Shown one piece after another: positions 30,235 through 39,259 of a stretch of 64,000 nucleotides of DNA (its first letter is position 1; every line of letters starts with the position of its first letter). Origin of the DNA: Candidatus Gottesmanbacteria bacterium (GTDB taxonomy: Bacteria > Patescibacteriota > Microgenomatia > UBA10105 > UBA927); assembly GCA_963809665.1 (NCBI GenBank), contig CAWEKC010000001.1, forward strand, positions 158,219-222,218, in the 5' to 3' direction. The translations under genes and the position numbers were made by a program. A model generated the notes under the pieces. The model did no database searches. It saw only the letters and a program-made list of their open reading frames with translations, and was not told the DNA's origin.

Positions 30235-30984
30235 ATGACAACAATATTCCAATCAGATGCGTGGATTTCCGCCTGGCATGAGACGATTGGAAAAGATTGG
30301 GAGCTCGTCGGCAACAATCTAGCAAGCCGCGGCAACGAACTTATCCTCGCTGGTGGATACGAAGTGGCAGACTATATGGATATCCCTGATCCTGCTGCAT
30401 GGGATGAAATTAAAAAAGAATTCCACGGAATGCACCTATCCCTTCGTAATGTTCCGGAAAATTCCCCAACAGTGAAATATTTTTCAATGGAAAAAGAAGA
30501 CACGACACCAATAACTGTGCTCCCTCCTGTTCTTGATAAAAAAAATCAGCATGAGATGAAACGTAAAATCCGTAAGTTTGAGCGTGAACATTTCGACATT
30601 AATTTCCGTGAAAGTAAGGACATTGAAATATTATTTTCCCTCATGAAACTCGATACTCGGAAAAAAGAATTTTTAACACAGAATATGGAAGAATTTTTCC
30701 GCCGGATTATGGAACAGTTCGGCAAACTCACTGTTCTGACAGTTGACAACATACCGGCCGCTGCAATGCTCACATTTTCCGCCGGCGACACGCTCATGGG
30801 CTATAATTCCGGATTTGATGAAACGCATTGTTCAGGCTCGGGATTTTATCTACGTGCCATAATGCTGAAGCGTGCATTCGGGGAAGAGTATAAGAAATTC
30901 AATTTCCTCCAGGGCAGTGAACGGTATAAATATGAACTCGGAGGAAAAGATTTCTTCGTCTATCGGGTTGATGTTACCCTGTGA
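30235..30984 (+). CDS. GNAT-fold acetyltransferase, FemAB/CelD (BioF2-like, PF13480-type) family
   Basis: C-terminal FNFLQGSERYKYELGG motif typical of this family. Confidence 0.6.
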   Translation: MTTIFQSDAWISAWHETIGKDWELVGNNLASRGNELILAGGYEVADYMDIPDPAAWDEIKKEFHGMHLSLRNVPENSPTVKYFSMEKEDTTPITVLPPVLDKKNQHEMKRKIRKFEREHFDINFRESKDIEILFSLMKLDTRKKEFLTQNMEEFFRRIMEQFGKLTVLTVDNIPAAAMLTFSAGDTLMGYNSGFDETHCSGSGFYLRAIMLKRAFGEEYKKFNFLQGSERYKYELGGKDFFVYRVDVTL

Positions 30985-30987
30985 TAA

Positions 30988-31974
30988 TTACTGTAAATAC
31001 TTCCGGATATTTGCGTTGTGCTCTTCAATGGTTTTAGCGTAGTGAGCGGCACCCGTTTTGTCATGCAGGTAATACAGATAGTCAGTGTTTGCGGGATATA
31101 TTGCCGCCTTAATCGATTCCAGGCCGGGATTGCAAATCGGTCCTGGCGGGAAACCGGGGTTGGCATACGTGTTGTATAAAGAGTTAACTTTTTTATCCTC
31201 ATCAGTCAACCCGTCTTTCCACCATGTTTTCTCAAACGGCTGGTAGCCGAGGGCATATTGGAGAGTCGCATCAACCTGGAGCGGCATACCGAGTTTAATG
31301 CGGTTTAAAAGTATACCAGCTATCACGGGACGGTCAGCGGCTGTTTTCCCTTCGCGCTCAACGATAGATGCAAGTGTGATAGTTTCCGGAAATGTAAGAC
31401 TGGTAATTTTGGCATCATCGCGCATTGCAGCGGTTACTTTTGAATTAAAATTGTCCAAAAATATTTTCGCAACGGCAGCACCTGTCGCATCCCTGGGGAT
31501 AAGGTACGTATCAGGGAACATATATCCCTGCTGCGCTACCTGTAAAAACTGGCTTTCCGGGATATCCAAATCCTTGGTCAATTGCGTTGCTGTCTCTTCA
31601 TCCCGCCATCCTTCAAGCGTTGTGACCCACACATCAAGAATACCGTGCGTAAGTTCCAGGGCAATCGTTCTGGCATCCATGGATTTGTTGAGCCGGAAAT
31701 CACCCGCCTGCATTTGTGTCTCGATTCCCAATAATTTAATCAGAACATAAAAACCGGTTGAACTATGAATAAGGTTTTGTTTGGCCAGATCTGCGGCTAT
31801 TTCTTTACCCCCCTCGCCGCGGGTAACCGTAAAGATTACCGGTGTCCTGTCCGCCGGGTCTACGGCTGCAATACTGTAGCGCCACCAAAACCACCCTCCC
31901 CATGCCGCAATGACGGCAACAAAAAAAAGAACAATTAGCCGGGGGAAAAATGTGTTGGTCTTATTTGATTTCAT
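30988..31974 (-). CDS. mltG: endolytic murein transglycosylase MltG/YceG (likely start MKSNKT)
   Basis: N-terminal TM then YceG-like domain (GMPLQVDATLQYALG...YNTYANPGFPPGPICNPG). Confidence 0.85.
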   Translation of the reverse strand: MKSNKTNTFFPRLIVLFFVAVIAAWGGWFWWRYSIAAVDPADRTPVIFTVTRGEGGKEIAADLAKQNLIHSSTGFYVLIKLLGIETQMQAGDFRLNKSMDARTIALELTHGILDVWVTTLEGWRDEETATQLTKDLDIPESQFLQVAQQGYMFPDTYLIPRDATGAAVAKIFLDNFNSKVTAAMRDDAKITSLTFPETITLASIVEREGKTAADRPVIAGILLNRIKLGMPLQVDATLQYALGYQPFEKTWWKDGLTDEDKKVNSLYNTYANPGFPPGPICNPGLESIKAAIYPANTDYLYYLHDKTGAAHYAKTIEEHNANIRKYLQ

Positions 31975-32152
31975 CCAGTGTTGCCCTCCTGAATTTTTTT
32001 CCTTCCGCGTCATACATATAGACGCGGCCGCACACACACGTAACCCGTACGAGACCGTGTCCGGGTTTCCGTTCCAACGGTTTCCCGCACCCCACACACT
32101 TTCCCTGAGAGAGTAACCATGCCTGCATCGGCGCTATGATATTTTTAAACAT
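31961..32152 (-). CDS. small zinc-ribbon protein (CxxC...CxC), hypothetical
   Basis: 63 aa; start 2 nt after upstream stop; overlaps mltG start. Confidence 0.4.
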   Translation of the reverse strand: MFKNIIAPMQAWLLSQGKCVGCGKPLERKPGHGLVRVTCVCGRVYMYDAEGKKFRRATLDEIK

Positions 32153-32153
32153 A

Positions 32154-33416
32154 TCATTCGATCGTATAGACCGATATATTTTTTATGGTCTCTACGGCTT
32201 CCTTCAGTCTCCACTTGTCAGAACTATAGAGCGTACATAGTATATCATTTTTGTCCACCGTACCTTCAAGTTTACGGTTTAAGTACATACCCGCCCTCTT
32301 ATCGGTCGGACACCCGAGAATACGGCAGATAACCGTAATCTGGTTGTTATCTATTGCGTGGATGTGACCGCGCCTGCCTGCTTTTACCTGATGCGCATAC
32401 CGGCCGGGCAGATGCGTGTCACTGGAAACCGAAGGGTCACCGCCCTGGACTTTTATAATCTCGCGCATTTTGGATAAAGCTTTGCCGGAAACTAACAACT
32501 CCCGTGCAAGATCTTCACCCAACACATCGTTCTTTCCCGGCATATCAGCAAAACACAGGTTGAGTAACTTGCCGGCTAAACGTATTGCTTTTGCCTCAAG
32601 CGCCAACGGCCGGTTTTTATGCTGTTCGAGAACCTGAAAAACATCCCGCACTTCCAGTACCGGACCGATCCCGCGGCCCGCGTTTTCGCGGATTTCACTG
32701 GAATCAATAATGACCTTAATGCCGAATTTTTTTGCCAAATACGTAAATTTCTGTCCGATCACTTCCGCATCTTTGAAGTGTTGTATTTTCATCGTGGGCC
32801 CCACGGGAATATCCAAAACTAAATGGTTGGCTCCCGATGCGACTTTTTTGGCCATGATTGAAACGATAATTTTGTCAAAGGATTCAAACGCCAACGGCTG
32901 TTCTATCTGGATAAGGATATCGTCAGCCGGAGCCAGTCCCAAATGTCCGCCCCAGACAATACACCCGCCCGCATGAGCGACCAATCCTTCTATCTGGCGG
33001 GGAGTAAACGTCACGGGTGCAACTACTTCCATCGTATCGGCTGTTCCGGCGGGAGACGTAATGGCACGGGAAGATGTTTTTGGAATCTGAAAACCGGCAG
33101 CGGCAATAATCGGCACCAGTATCATGGTCGTTCTGGTTCCGGCGACACCTCCGGTTGAATGTTTATCCGCGACAATTCCTTTGAAATGAAGTTGCGGCCC
33201 CGTCGCTACCATGGCGCGGGTCAGATGATAGAGTTCTTCATCATTGAATCCTTCTTTAAATCCTGCGGCAGCAAAATACGTAGTCAGAACCGGTCCGAGG
33301 CGCTGGCTTGCAATCTCATCCATAATTGCAAAAATCTCGTTATAGGAAAGAGATTTTCCGACGAGCTTTTTTTTGATTGCTTCTATAGCGACTTGTTGGT
33401 TATTGCTTTTCATCAT
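32154..33416 (-). CDS. thymidine/pyrimidine-nucleoside phosphorylase family protein (DeoA-like; possibly AMP phosphorylase)
   Basis: DKHSTGGVAGTRTT...TSSRAITSPAGTADTME motifs of glycosyl-transferase family 3. Confidence 0.85.
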   Translation of the reverse strand: MMKSNNQQVAIEAIKKKLVGKSLSYNEIFAIMDEIASQRLGPVLTTYFAAAGFKEGFNDEELYHLTRAMVATGPQLHFKGIVADKHSTGGVAGTRTTMILVPIIAAAGFQIPKTSSRAITSPAGTADTMEVVAPVTFTPRQIEGLVAHAGGCIVWGGHLGLAPADDILIQIEQPLAFESFDKIIVSIMAKKVASGANHLVLDIPVGPTMKIQHFKDAEVIGQKFTYLAKKFGIKVIIDSSEIRENAGRGIGPVLEVRDVFQVLEQHKNRPLALEAKAIRLAGKLLNLCFADMPGKNDVLGEDLARELLVSGKALSKMREIIKVQGGDPSVSSDTHLPGRYAHQVKAGRRGHIHAIDNNQITVICRILGCPTDKRAGMYLNRKLEGTVDKNDILCTLYSSDKWRLKEAVETIKNISVYTIE

Positions 33417-34117
33417 GACGGCCGCTCCAATTTCGCAAACACATGAAGCCGTTGCCAATACGTTCCCGGCGGGACACAGGTTACAAGAGTCAGATACGAA
33501 TCATCAAACCGTTGAGCGAGTGCCGATAAATCGCTGGGATCCGTAACAGTCAGGTCATACACAATATATTTGTATGAAATACCGTCATAGGTGATATCTA
33601 TTTCATCACCCGCTTTAAGCGTAGGTAATAAGGAAAAAATGGTTTTATAACTGTTCGGATTATACAATTGCACCAGTGTTGAATGTCCGAAAATTACCGT
33701 ATTCCCGTATTCCCCGGGGATAGCCGTACCTCCGTAATGTACTAAACTTACAGCCAAATCGTCTCCAGCAACTGTAACCACTGCGTCCTGAATTTTCAGT
33801 TTCGGGATTGACAGAGTGTAGGTGTTGACGGGTGTTACTACCCTTTTCTGCGGACTGGTCGGAAACCATGCATTGGGATTGGTTAAATCAGCGCCGGTGG
33901 CAGATGTATTTGGAGCGGCATATGCCGTGCCGTCCTGAATAGGAGTCACAATCTCGGAAAACAACTCGCCGCTCGTTACACTGAAAGACACAATCGGCCA
34001 AAAGGTCCAGAGTAAAATACCTGTACCGACTGCAAGTAATAGGAAAGATAACGCGCGCAATTCCCGCTGCGGTCGGGGTATCTTCGGAATACTTTTAACA
34101 TACCGGTATAACGCCAT
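33413..34117 (-). CDS. sortase-family transpeptidase
   Basis: N-terminal TM anchor, catalytic His (VIFGHS) and TLVTCVP (TLxTC) motif. Confidence 0.8.
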   Translation of the reverse strand: MALYRYVKSIPKIPRPQRELRALSFLLLAVGTGILLWTFWPIVSFSVTSGELFSEIVTPIQDGTAYAAPNTSATGADLTNPNAWFPTSPQKRVVTPVNTYTLSIPKLKIQDAVVTVAGDDLAVSLVHYGGTAIPGEYGNTVIFGHSTLVQLYNPNSYKTIFSLLPTLKAGDEIDITYDGISYKYIVYDLTVTDPSDLSALAQRFDDSYLTLVTCVPPGTYWQRLHVFAKLERPS

Positions 34118-34141
34118 AAAAAATTCAACTCCGTAGATTTT

Positions 34142-36373
34142 TTATTGTATTGCGAGTCCGACGGATATATTTTTCGAGTTAATCGGTAATCTTCCTTTCC
34201 CAATACTCATACGGAATGATACTTTCATTCCCGCAACACCTGGCATAGCACCCAGGTATTTTTCCGCATCGGATATGGTCTTTCCTGCTAAATTTTTCTG
34301 AATGAGGGCCGTGTCCAACGTCGGAACAGCATCGGTTTTAATGGTTGCCGCCGCGGTGATTTTTCCGTCTTTTTTCACCACAACTTTATCTAAAGATACC
34401 TGCGTACGGCTCTCTGATAATGTAAATCCCTGCGGGATGTCTTTTGCGATAAACGCTTTCAATAACGTTTTAACATCATCATCACTATATGAAATCCCGG
34501 AAACTGTAACGGTGACTTTCCCTGACAATTGGGAGGCTTCCTGATTCAGCTCCTGGGCAAACGATTTATCAGTCACAGTCGTCTGAATCGTATCCCCGAT
34601 CAGTTTCGCTGCCCCCGAGACGCTCGCTGTAAGCCCCTGTTTTGCCTGATCTACCAAGTCTTTTTGCGCTGCAGCAACGAGCGCGTCGTAATCCGCACGG
34701 CTTACAACACTTACTTCGCGGCTTGTGCCTCCGGTAAGCGCGGCCGCATTATTTGCCGTCATTTCATCTCCCGAAAAACCCTTTACGGTAAACGTGGTGT
34801 TAGCAGGCATATTGCTGTTGGGGCCAATCTGGGCAGCGGTAATTGCGGCAGTAACCTTGCCATAGGTTCTCCCGCCCAAGTCCTCGCTGGCTGATGCGAC
34901 TGATGCATCCGAATCGAGAGTAAATTCCAATGATCCTGAAGTAAACAGTGTTCCTTTCGTAAGAGATTGTGAGGAAAGTGTTTTGTTATAGATCGTCACC
35001 GATCCTTTTGCCGGATCCCCCACGTTTTTTTTGCCGGTAACGGCAATTGTTTTATCTTCACTGACGGAAAGCGTTTGTTTGGCGCCCGGTATAATTTTGT
35101 TTTCTGCATCCACAAGGGTTGCCGTCGGATCAATGGTAATTTGTTCAGAGTCGTTGAGCGATGTGGGAGATTCGAATACCGTCACCGTCGCGTGGGGAAG
35201 GGCCCAGTACAGAAACACCGCCAACACTATGATACCGACGGCACCGACGATAATCGGTAAAATTCCTCCGGAGCGGATACGTGCAATAATCGCAGTCACA
35301 TCAATCTTCGGAATTTTCACTGCAGGCAATTTATTAAGAATAGAAAGATTCCGTTTCTCTTTCTTTTGAACTGACGGATATGCAGATCGTTCCATATTTT
35401 CCAACACGTCGACATTTTTCCGGAATCCGAACTGGGACGGGTCCACAACAACAACATTGGGTTCTTCCTCAGCCGCGATATCTTCACCCTCTTCTATTTC
35501 CTCCGCCTCGGCCTCGGCAGCTGCTTCACCGACATCTTCCTTGCCCTCCGTCTTTTCCACCAAAGCTTCAGCGTCTGTGGAAGCTTCATCAGCGAAGGAG
35601 GGTTTCATTTCACTGGCCAGTTCACTGGCACCGGCAAGTGATATGGCTGCAACCACTTCTTCGGGAGTAATAATCTCTATTTTGGGGAAGTGCAGAAAAT
35701 TCACCCGGGTAGTCCAGGGATACTTAAGGAGGTCGCTTTTAACCTGTGACAGGTCTTTCCCGTCATGACCGTACAATAATATCCGGGCGGGTAAAACTTC
35801 CAGATCTTTAAATTGCTTCAGTAGTTCCTCTACCTGAATCGCGATGTCACCATTGTATTCTATGGTCTTTTGACCCGAAAGCGCCCCGACTTTATACAGG
35901 GAGAGCGATACGGTGTTGTGCGAAATGCCTAAGAAAATAACGCTTGGCGGCACGCCCTCTTCCTTTTTCAGGTTATACATGAGAGCCTGATGTATTGAAA
36001 CAAAACCGATGGGTTTAAGTTCCAGCTCTTTTGTCACTTCTTTTACGTGCGCTCTCACGTCTGCGGTTATTTCTCCTGATTCCGTGAGATATATACGCGG
36101 CAAACCCAATACGGTTTTGGAGTACTGGGTTGTACCCGATTTGTCTTCCACACTGGCTAATGCATCGTCTATCGCATTCAACCGGTCTTCCCACGTGTCA
36201 GCATCCACCTGTCCTGTCGCCGTGGCGATTATCTGCGGAATACCTTTCGTACCCATCTCCCAAAGGGCTGCAGCCACATACTCAACATCCAAAAGAAGCG
36301 ATGCAAATATTTCCTTCGTCTCCTTTTTTTGCCCGAATAAATTGCCCAAAGCCGGCGGTAATTTCATATGCAA
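34142..36373 (-). CDS. large membrane protein: degenerate actin-like (FtsA/PilM-superfamily) cytoplasmic domain, acidic linker, one TM helix, ~370-aa Ser/Thr-rich extracellular region
   Basis: segment VTKELELKPIGFVSIHQALMYNL...VIFLGISHNTVSLSLYKVGAL aligns to FtsA core; hydrophobic helix ILPIIVGAVGIIVLAVFLYWAL. Confidence 0.5.
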   Translation of the reverse strand: MHMKLPPALGNLFGQKKETKEIFASLLLDVEYVAAALWEMGTKGIPQIIATATGQVDADTWEDRLNAIDDALASVEDKSGTTQYSKTVLGLPRIYLTESGEITADVRAHVKEVTKELELKPIGFVSIHQALMYNLKKEEGVPPSVIFLGISHNTVSLSLYKVGALSGQKTIEYNGDIAIQVEELLKQFKDLEVLPARILLYGHDGKDLSQVKSDLLKYPWTTRVNFLHFPKIEIITPEEVVAAISLAGASELASEMKPSFADEASTDAEALVEKTEGKEDVGEAAAEAEAEEIEEGEDIAAEEEPNVVVVDPSQFGFRKNVDVLENMERSAYPSVQKKEKRNLSILNKLPAVKIPKIDVTAIIARIRSGGILPIIVGAVGIIVLAVFLYWALPHATVTVFESPTSLNDSEQITIDPTATLVDAENKIIPGAKQTLSVSEDKTIAVTGKKNVGDPAKGSVTIYNKTLSSQSLTKGTLFTSGSLEFTLDSDASVASASEDLGGRTYGKVTAAITAAQIGPNSNMPANTTFTVKGFSGDEMTANNAAALTGGTSREVSVVSRADYDALVAAAQKDLVDQAKQGLTASVSGAAKLIGDTIQTTVTDKSFAQELNQEASQLSGKVTVTVSGISYSDDDVKTLLKAFIAKDIPQGFTLSESRTQVSLDKVVVKKDGKITAAATIKTDAVPTLDTALIQKNLAGKTISDAEKYLGAMPGVAGMKVSFRMSIGKGRLPINSKNISVGLAIQ

Positions 36374-36441
36374 TAAAGAGGTTCTCTCCTCCTTACACCA
36401 TAGTAGCAGTCAGAGAGGCTGTAATCAATAATATCGGGAAT

Positions 36442-38220
36442 TTATTTGGATTCAATACGGGCGTAGATTCTGCGGATACCGCTCCCGGCGGATTCTTCTT
36501 TCAGAATTCTAAATAAACCCAATTCTCCGGTTCGCTTTGCATGCGGGCCGCCGCAAAACTCTGCGGAAAAAAAGTTGTCTTTCGGCCCCACGAAATACAC
36601 GCTGACGCGGTCCGGATATTTGTGCCCGAATTCCATCTGCGCCCCGACCTTTTGGGCCTCTTCCCGGGGCATTTCCACCCGCGTCACAGGTAAATCCGCC
36701 TTTATTTTTTCATTCACTAATTTTTCGGCTAACCCAAGTTCTTCCTGTGTCACTTTGCGTGTAAAATTAAAATCCATACGCAGCCGTTCAACCGTAATGT
36801 TACTTCCCCTCTGGCGGATGGTAGGATCTATGACTTTTTGTAATGCAGCCAGGAGTAAATGGTGTGCTGTGTGCAATCGTGTTGTCTGTTCGCTATTGTC
36901 CGCAAGCCCCCCCTTGAACATACCTTTTGCGGCGGTCCGCGACAAATCCCGGTGTTTTTTAAATTCTTCTTCAAATTGTGCACGGTCAACCTGCTGGCCC
37001 TTTTCCTTTGCTATCTCAACCGTCATTTCCCACGGGAATCCGTACGTTTCGTAGAGCGTAAACGCAATTTTCCCGTCAAGTACCGGTCTCTTTTCAATTT
37101 CTGATAACCCTTTTTCCAATGTTTTACTGAATCGAACCGCTTCCTGTTTTAATATTTCTGCCGCCTGCGGATAGTTACTTTGATAGATAGTTTCTATCGG
37201 AGCGACCAGTGATTCTATTGCAGTAAAATTATTAAGCGTTCTGCCATGCAGGAGTGCACGCCGGATTAACCTTCTCAAAATATATCCCTGGGTTTTATTT
37301 GAAGGCATAACGCCGGCATCTATCATCATCACGGCACCCTTAATGTGATCCGCAATGATACGCATAGCCGTTTTGTTCCCTTCATATTCTTTTTTACTTA
37401 TGGCTGAAATCTGTTGAATAATCGGTAAAAATAAATCCGTTTTAAACACATCAGAAGTTTTATCTGTTACGGCAACAAGACGCTCCAGGCCCCCGCCGAA
37501 ATCCACATTCTTTTGAAATAATTCCTTCAGTGACCCGTCCGCCTGCTTCTGGTATTGCATAAATACTGAGTTGGCAATTTCCATGAATCTCCCGCATTCG
37601 CAATTCGGGTGACATTTTTTGCCGAATTTCGGATCATGGGCCGTTCCGAAATCATAAAATACTTCGCTGTCGGGCCCGCCCGGTTCGCCTGCGGGCATAC
37701 CTGCCGGCTCACCGGACCGGCTCCACCAATTATGCGTCACTCCATAAGAAAAAATGTGGTCTTCCGGTACGCCGAGATGTTTCCAGATACGGACAGACTC
37801 CTCATCCCGCGGCACACCATTGGTTCCTGCCTGCACAGGCAGGCCTTCAAATACCGATACGAATAATTTTTCTTCCGGAAGGTTCAACTCTTTTGTTAAA
37901 AACTCCCAAATCCACAGGAGTTGTTCTTTTTTAAAATAGTCCCCAAGCGACCAGTTCCCCAGCATTTCAAAAAACGTCGTATGGCTGTTATCCCCGACCT
38001 CATCAATATCCGCGGCACGGAATGACCGCTGGCTATTTACCAGACGCTTACCCAGCGGATGTTTCTGGCCCAGTAAATACGGGATGAGCGGCTGCATGCC
38101 GCTTGAAGTAAATAATGTCGTCGGATCATTCTCCGGAACTAAAGGGGCTGACGGGATTTCCACGTGTCCGCGGGCTTTAAAAAATTCAATATAAATTCTA
38201 CGTAATTCCTGTGATGTCAT
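36442..38220 (-). CDS. alaS: alanine--tRNA ligase, short form (catalytic + tRNA-binding + editing HxxxH, no C-Ala domain)
   Basis: 592 aa; N-terminal class II motifs and HTAHHLL editing motif. Confidence 0.9.
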   Translation of the reverse strand: MTSQELRRIYIEFFKARGHVEIPSAPLVPENDPTTLFTSSGMQPLIPYLLGQKHPLGKRLVNSQRSFRAADIDEVGDNSHTTFFEMLGNWSLGDYFKKEQLLWIWEFLTKELNLPEEKLFVSVFEGLPVQAGTNGVPRDEESVRIWKHLGVPEDHIFSYGVTHNWWSRSGEPAGMPAGEPGGPDSEVFYDFGTAHDPKFGKKCHPNCECGRFMEIANSVFMQYQKQADGSLKELFQKNVDFGGGLERLVAVTDKTSDVFKTDLFLPIIQQISAISKKEYEGNKTAMRIIADHIKGAVMMIDAGVMPSNKTQGYILRRLIRRALLHGRTLNNFTAIESLVAPIETIYQSNYPQAAEILKQEAVRFSKTLEKGLSEIEKRPVLDGKIAFTLYETYGFPWEMTVEIAKEKGQQVDRAQFEEEFKKHRDLSRTAAKGMFKGGLADNSEQTTRLHTAHHLLLAALQKVIDPTIRQRGSNITVERLRMDFNFTRKVTQEELGLAEKLVNEKIKADLPVTRVEMPREEAQKVGAQMEFGHKYPDRVSVYFVGPKDNFFSAEFCGGPHAKRTGELGLFRILKEESAGSGIRRIYARIESK

Positions 38221-38228
38221 TAGCTTCG

Positions 38229-38259
38229 ATTATATCATCTATATTCGGGATGCTATAAT
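38229..38259. promoter_or_regulatory. divergent extended -10 promoters (TGaTATAAT for alaS on -, TGcTATAAT for aminotransferase on +), each 6-8 nt from its ATG (near-leaderless)
   Basis: read from sequence in the 45-bp divergent spacer. Confidence 0.35.
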
Positions 38260-38265
38260 TACCTC

Positions 38266-39258
38266 ATGGATTTATCTAAACTGGTTAATTTGCAGTACAC
38301 GACGATTAAAGATCCTTTACCGAATTTCATTTACCAGGGATTACGGGAATACTCCGCGGGTGCCAATGCATATCGTCCTCAACCGGCAGCGCTCATAGAA
38401 AAAATTGCGAACAAATATCATATTCCCAAAGAGATGATTTTGTTAACAGCGGGTATAGACGAAGCAATCCAAATATTCGCAAAAGCGTATGGACAAAATG
38501 CGTATGTGTTTACCCCAACCTACTCTGTCTATGCGGACGTAGAAGTATTCGGTGGAAAACTACATAAAATAGATTCTGTTTCACGCGGTTCCTATGTTGT
38601 CCCGGTTAAAAAATATGCCGATGCAACGCTTATATATCTGGCAAATCCGAATAACCCGTCCGGCTATACGCCGAAAGATAAGGTTATGGAACTTATCAAA
38701 CTAAATCCCCACGCTATTGTTGTGATTGATGAAGCATACGGCAATTTTGGTGATCTCATGGTTGATCAGGAGGTAAAAAAATATCCGCATATGGTAGTAT
38801 TCAGAAGTTTTTCAAAAGATTACGGCATGGCGGGAAATCGCATCGGATATGTTGTTGCGCATCCGGATGTTCTTGGAAAAGTTAAAAACTTTACTCAATG
38901 GGCAAACATCTCATATCTTTCAGTCGGAGCAGCGGCAACTGCACTGGATCACGAAGAATATTTTACAAAAATCATAAGCGAAATAAATAGACTGCGTGAC
39001 GACTTTATCTCATTCCTGAAACTACAGAAATATACTGTATTTCCTTCATATATAAACGCTGCATTAATTCAATTTTCTTCTGAACGGGCAGCGTCGGCAT
39101 TCGTTGAATATTTAGCGGAAAATAATATAGTAATAAGTCACGGAAACGGCAACAGCAACATAGGTCTGGATAAATCGTTTGTCCGATTTGCCATAGGAAA
39201 CAGCAAACAAATGACATACGTAAAGGAAGTTATACGGAAATATAACGGGAGAGATTAA
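38266..39258 (+). CDS. class I/II pyridoxal-phosphate aminotransferase (HisC/CobD-like)
   Basis: SFSKDYGMAGNRIGY Lys-PLP motif. Confidence 0.85.
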   Translation: MDLSKLVNLQYTTIKDPLPNFIYQGLREYSAGANAYRPQPAALIEKIANKYHIPKEMILLTAGIDEAIQIFAKAYGQNAYVFTPTYSVYADVEVFGGKLHKIDSVSRGSYVVPVKKYADATLIYLANPNNPSGYTPKDKVMELIKLNPHAIVVIDEAYGNFGDLMVDQEVKKYPHMVVFRSFSKDYGMAGNRIGYVVAHPDVLGKVKNFTQWANISYLSVGAAATALDHEEYFTKIISEINRLRDDFISFLKLQKYTVFPSYINAALIQFSSERAASAFVEYLAENNIVISHGNGNSNIGLDKSFVRFAIGNSKQMTYVKEVIRKYNGRD

Positions 39259-39259
39259 G

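Noticed and set aside
30211-30252. N-terminal extension MEYCCHGCIIRGTF of the Cas4-like ORF
   Set aside because: Would make the gene overlap the divergently transcribed GNAT gene by 18 nt. The internal Met (MKDKYSAVWVSH) precedes the conserved YLKCPRAYF motif at a typical distance, so the shorter start is preferred, though not proven.
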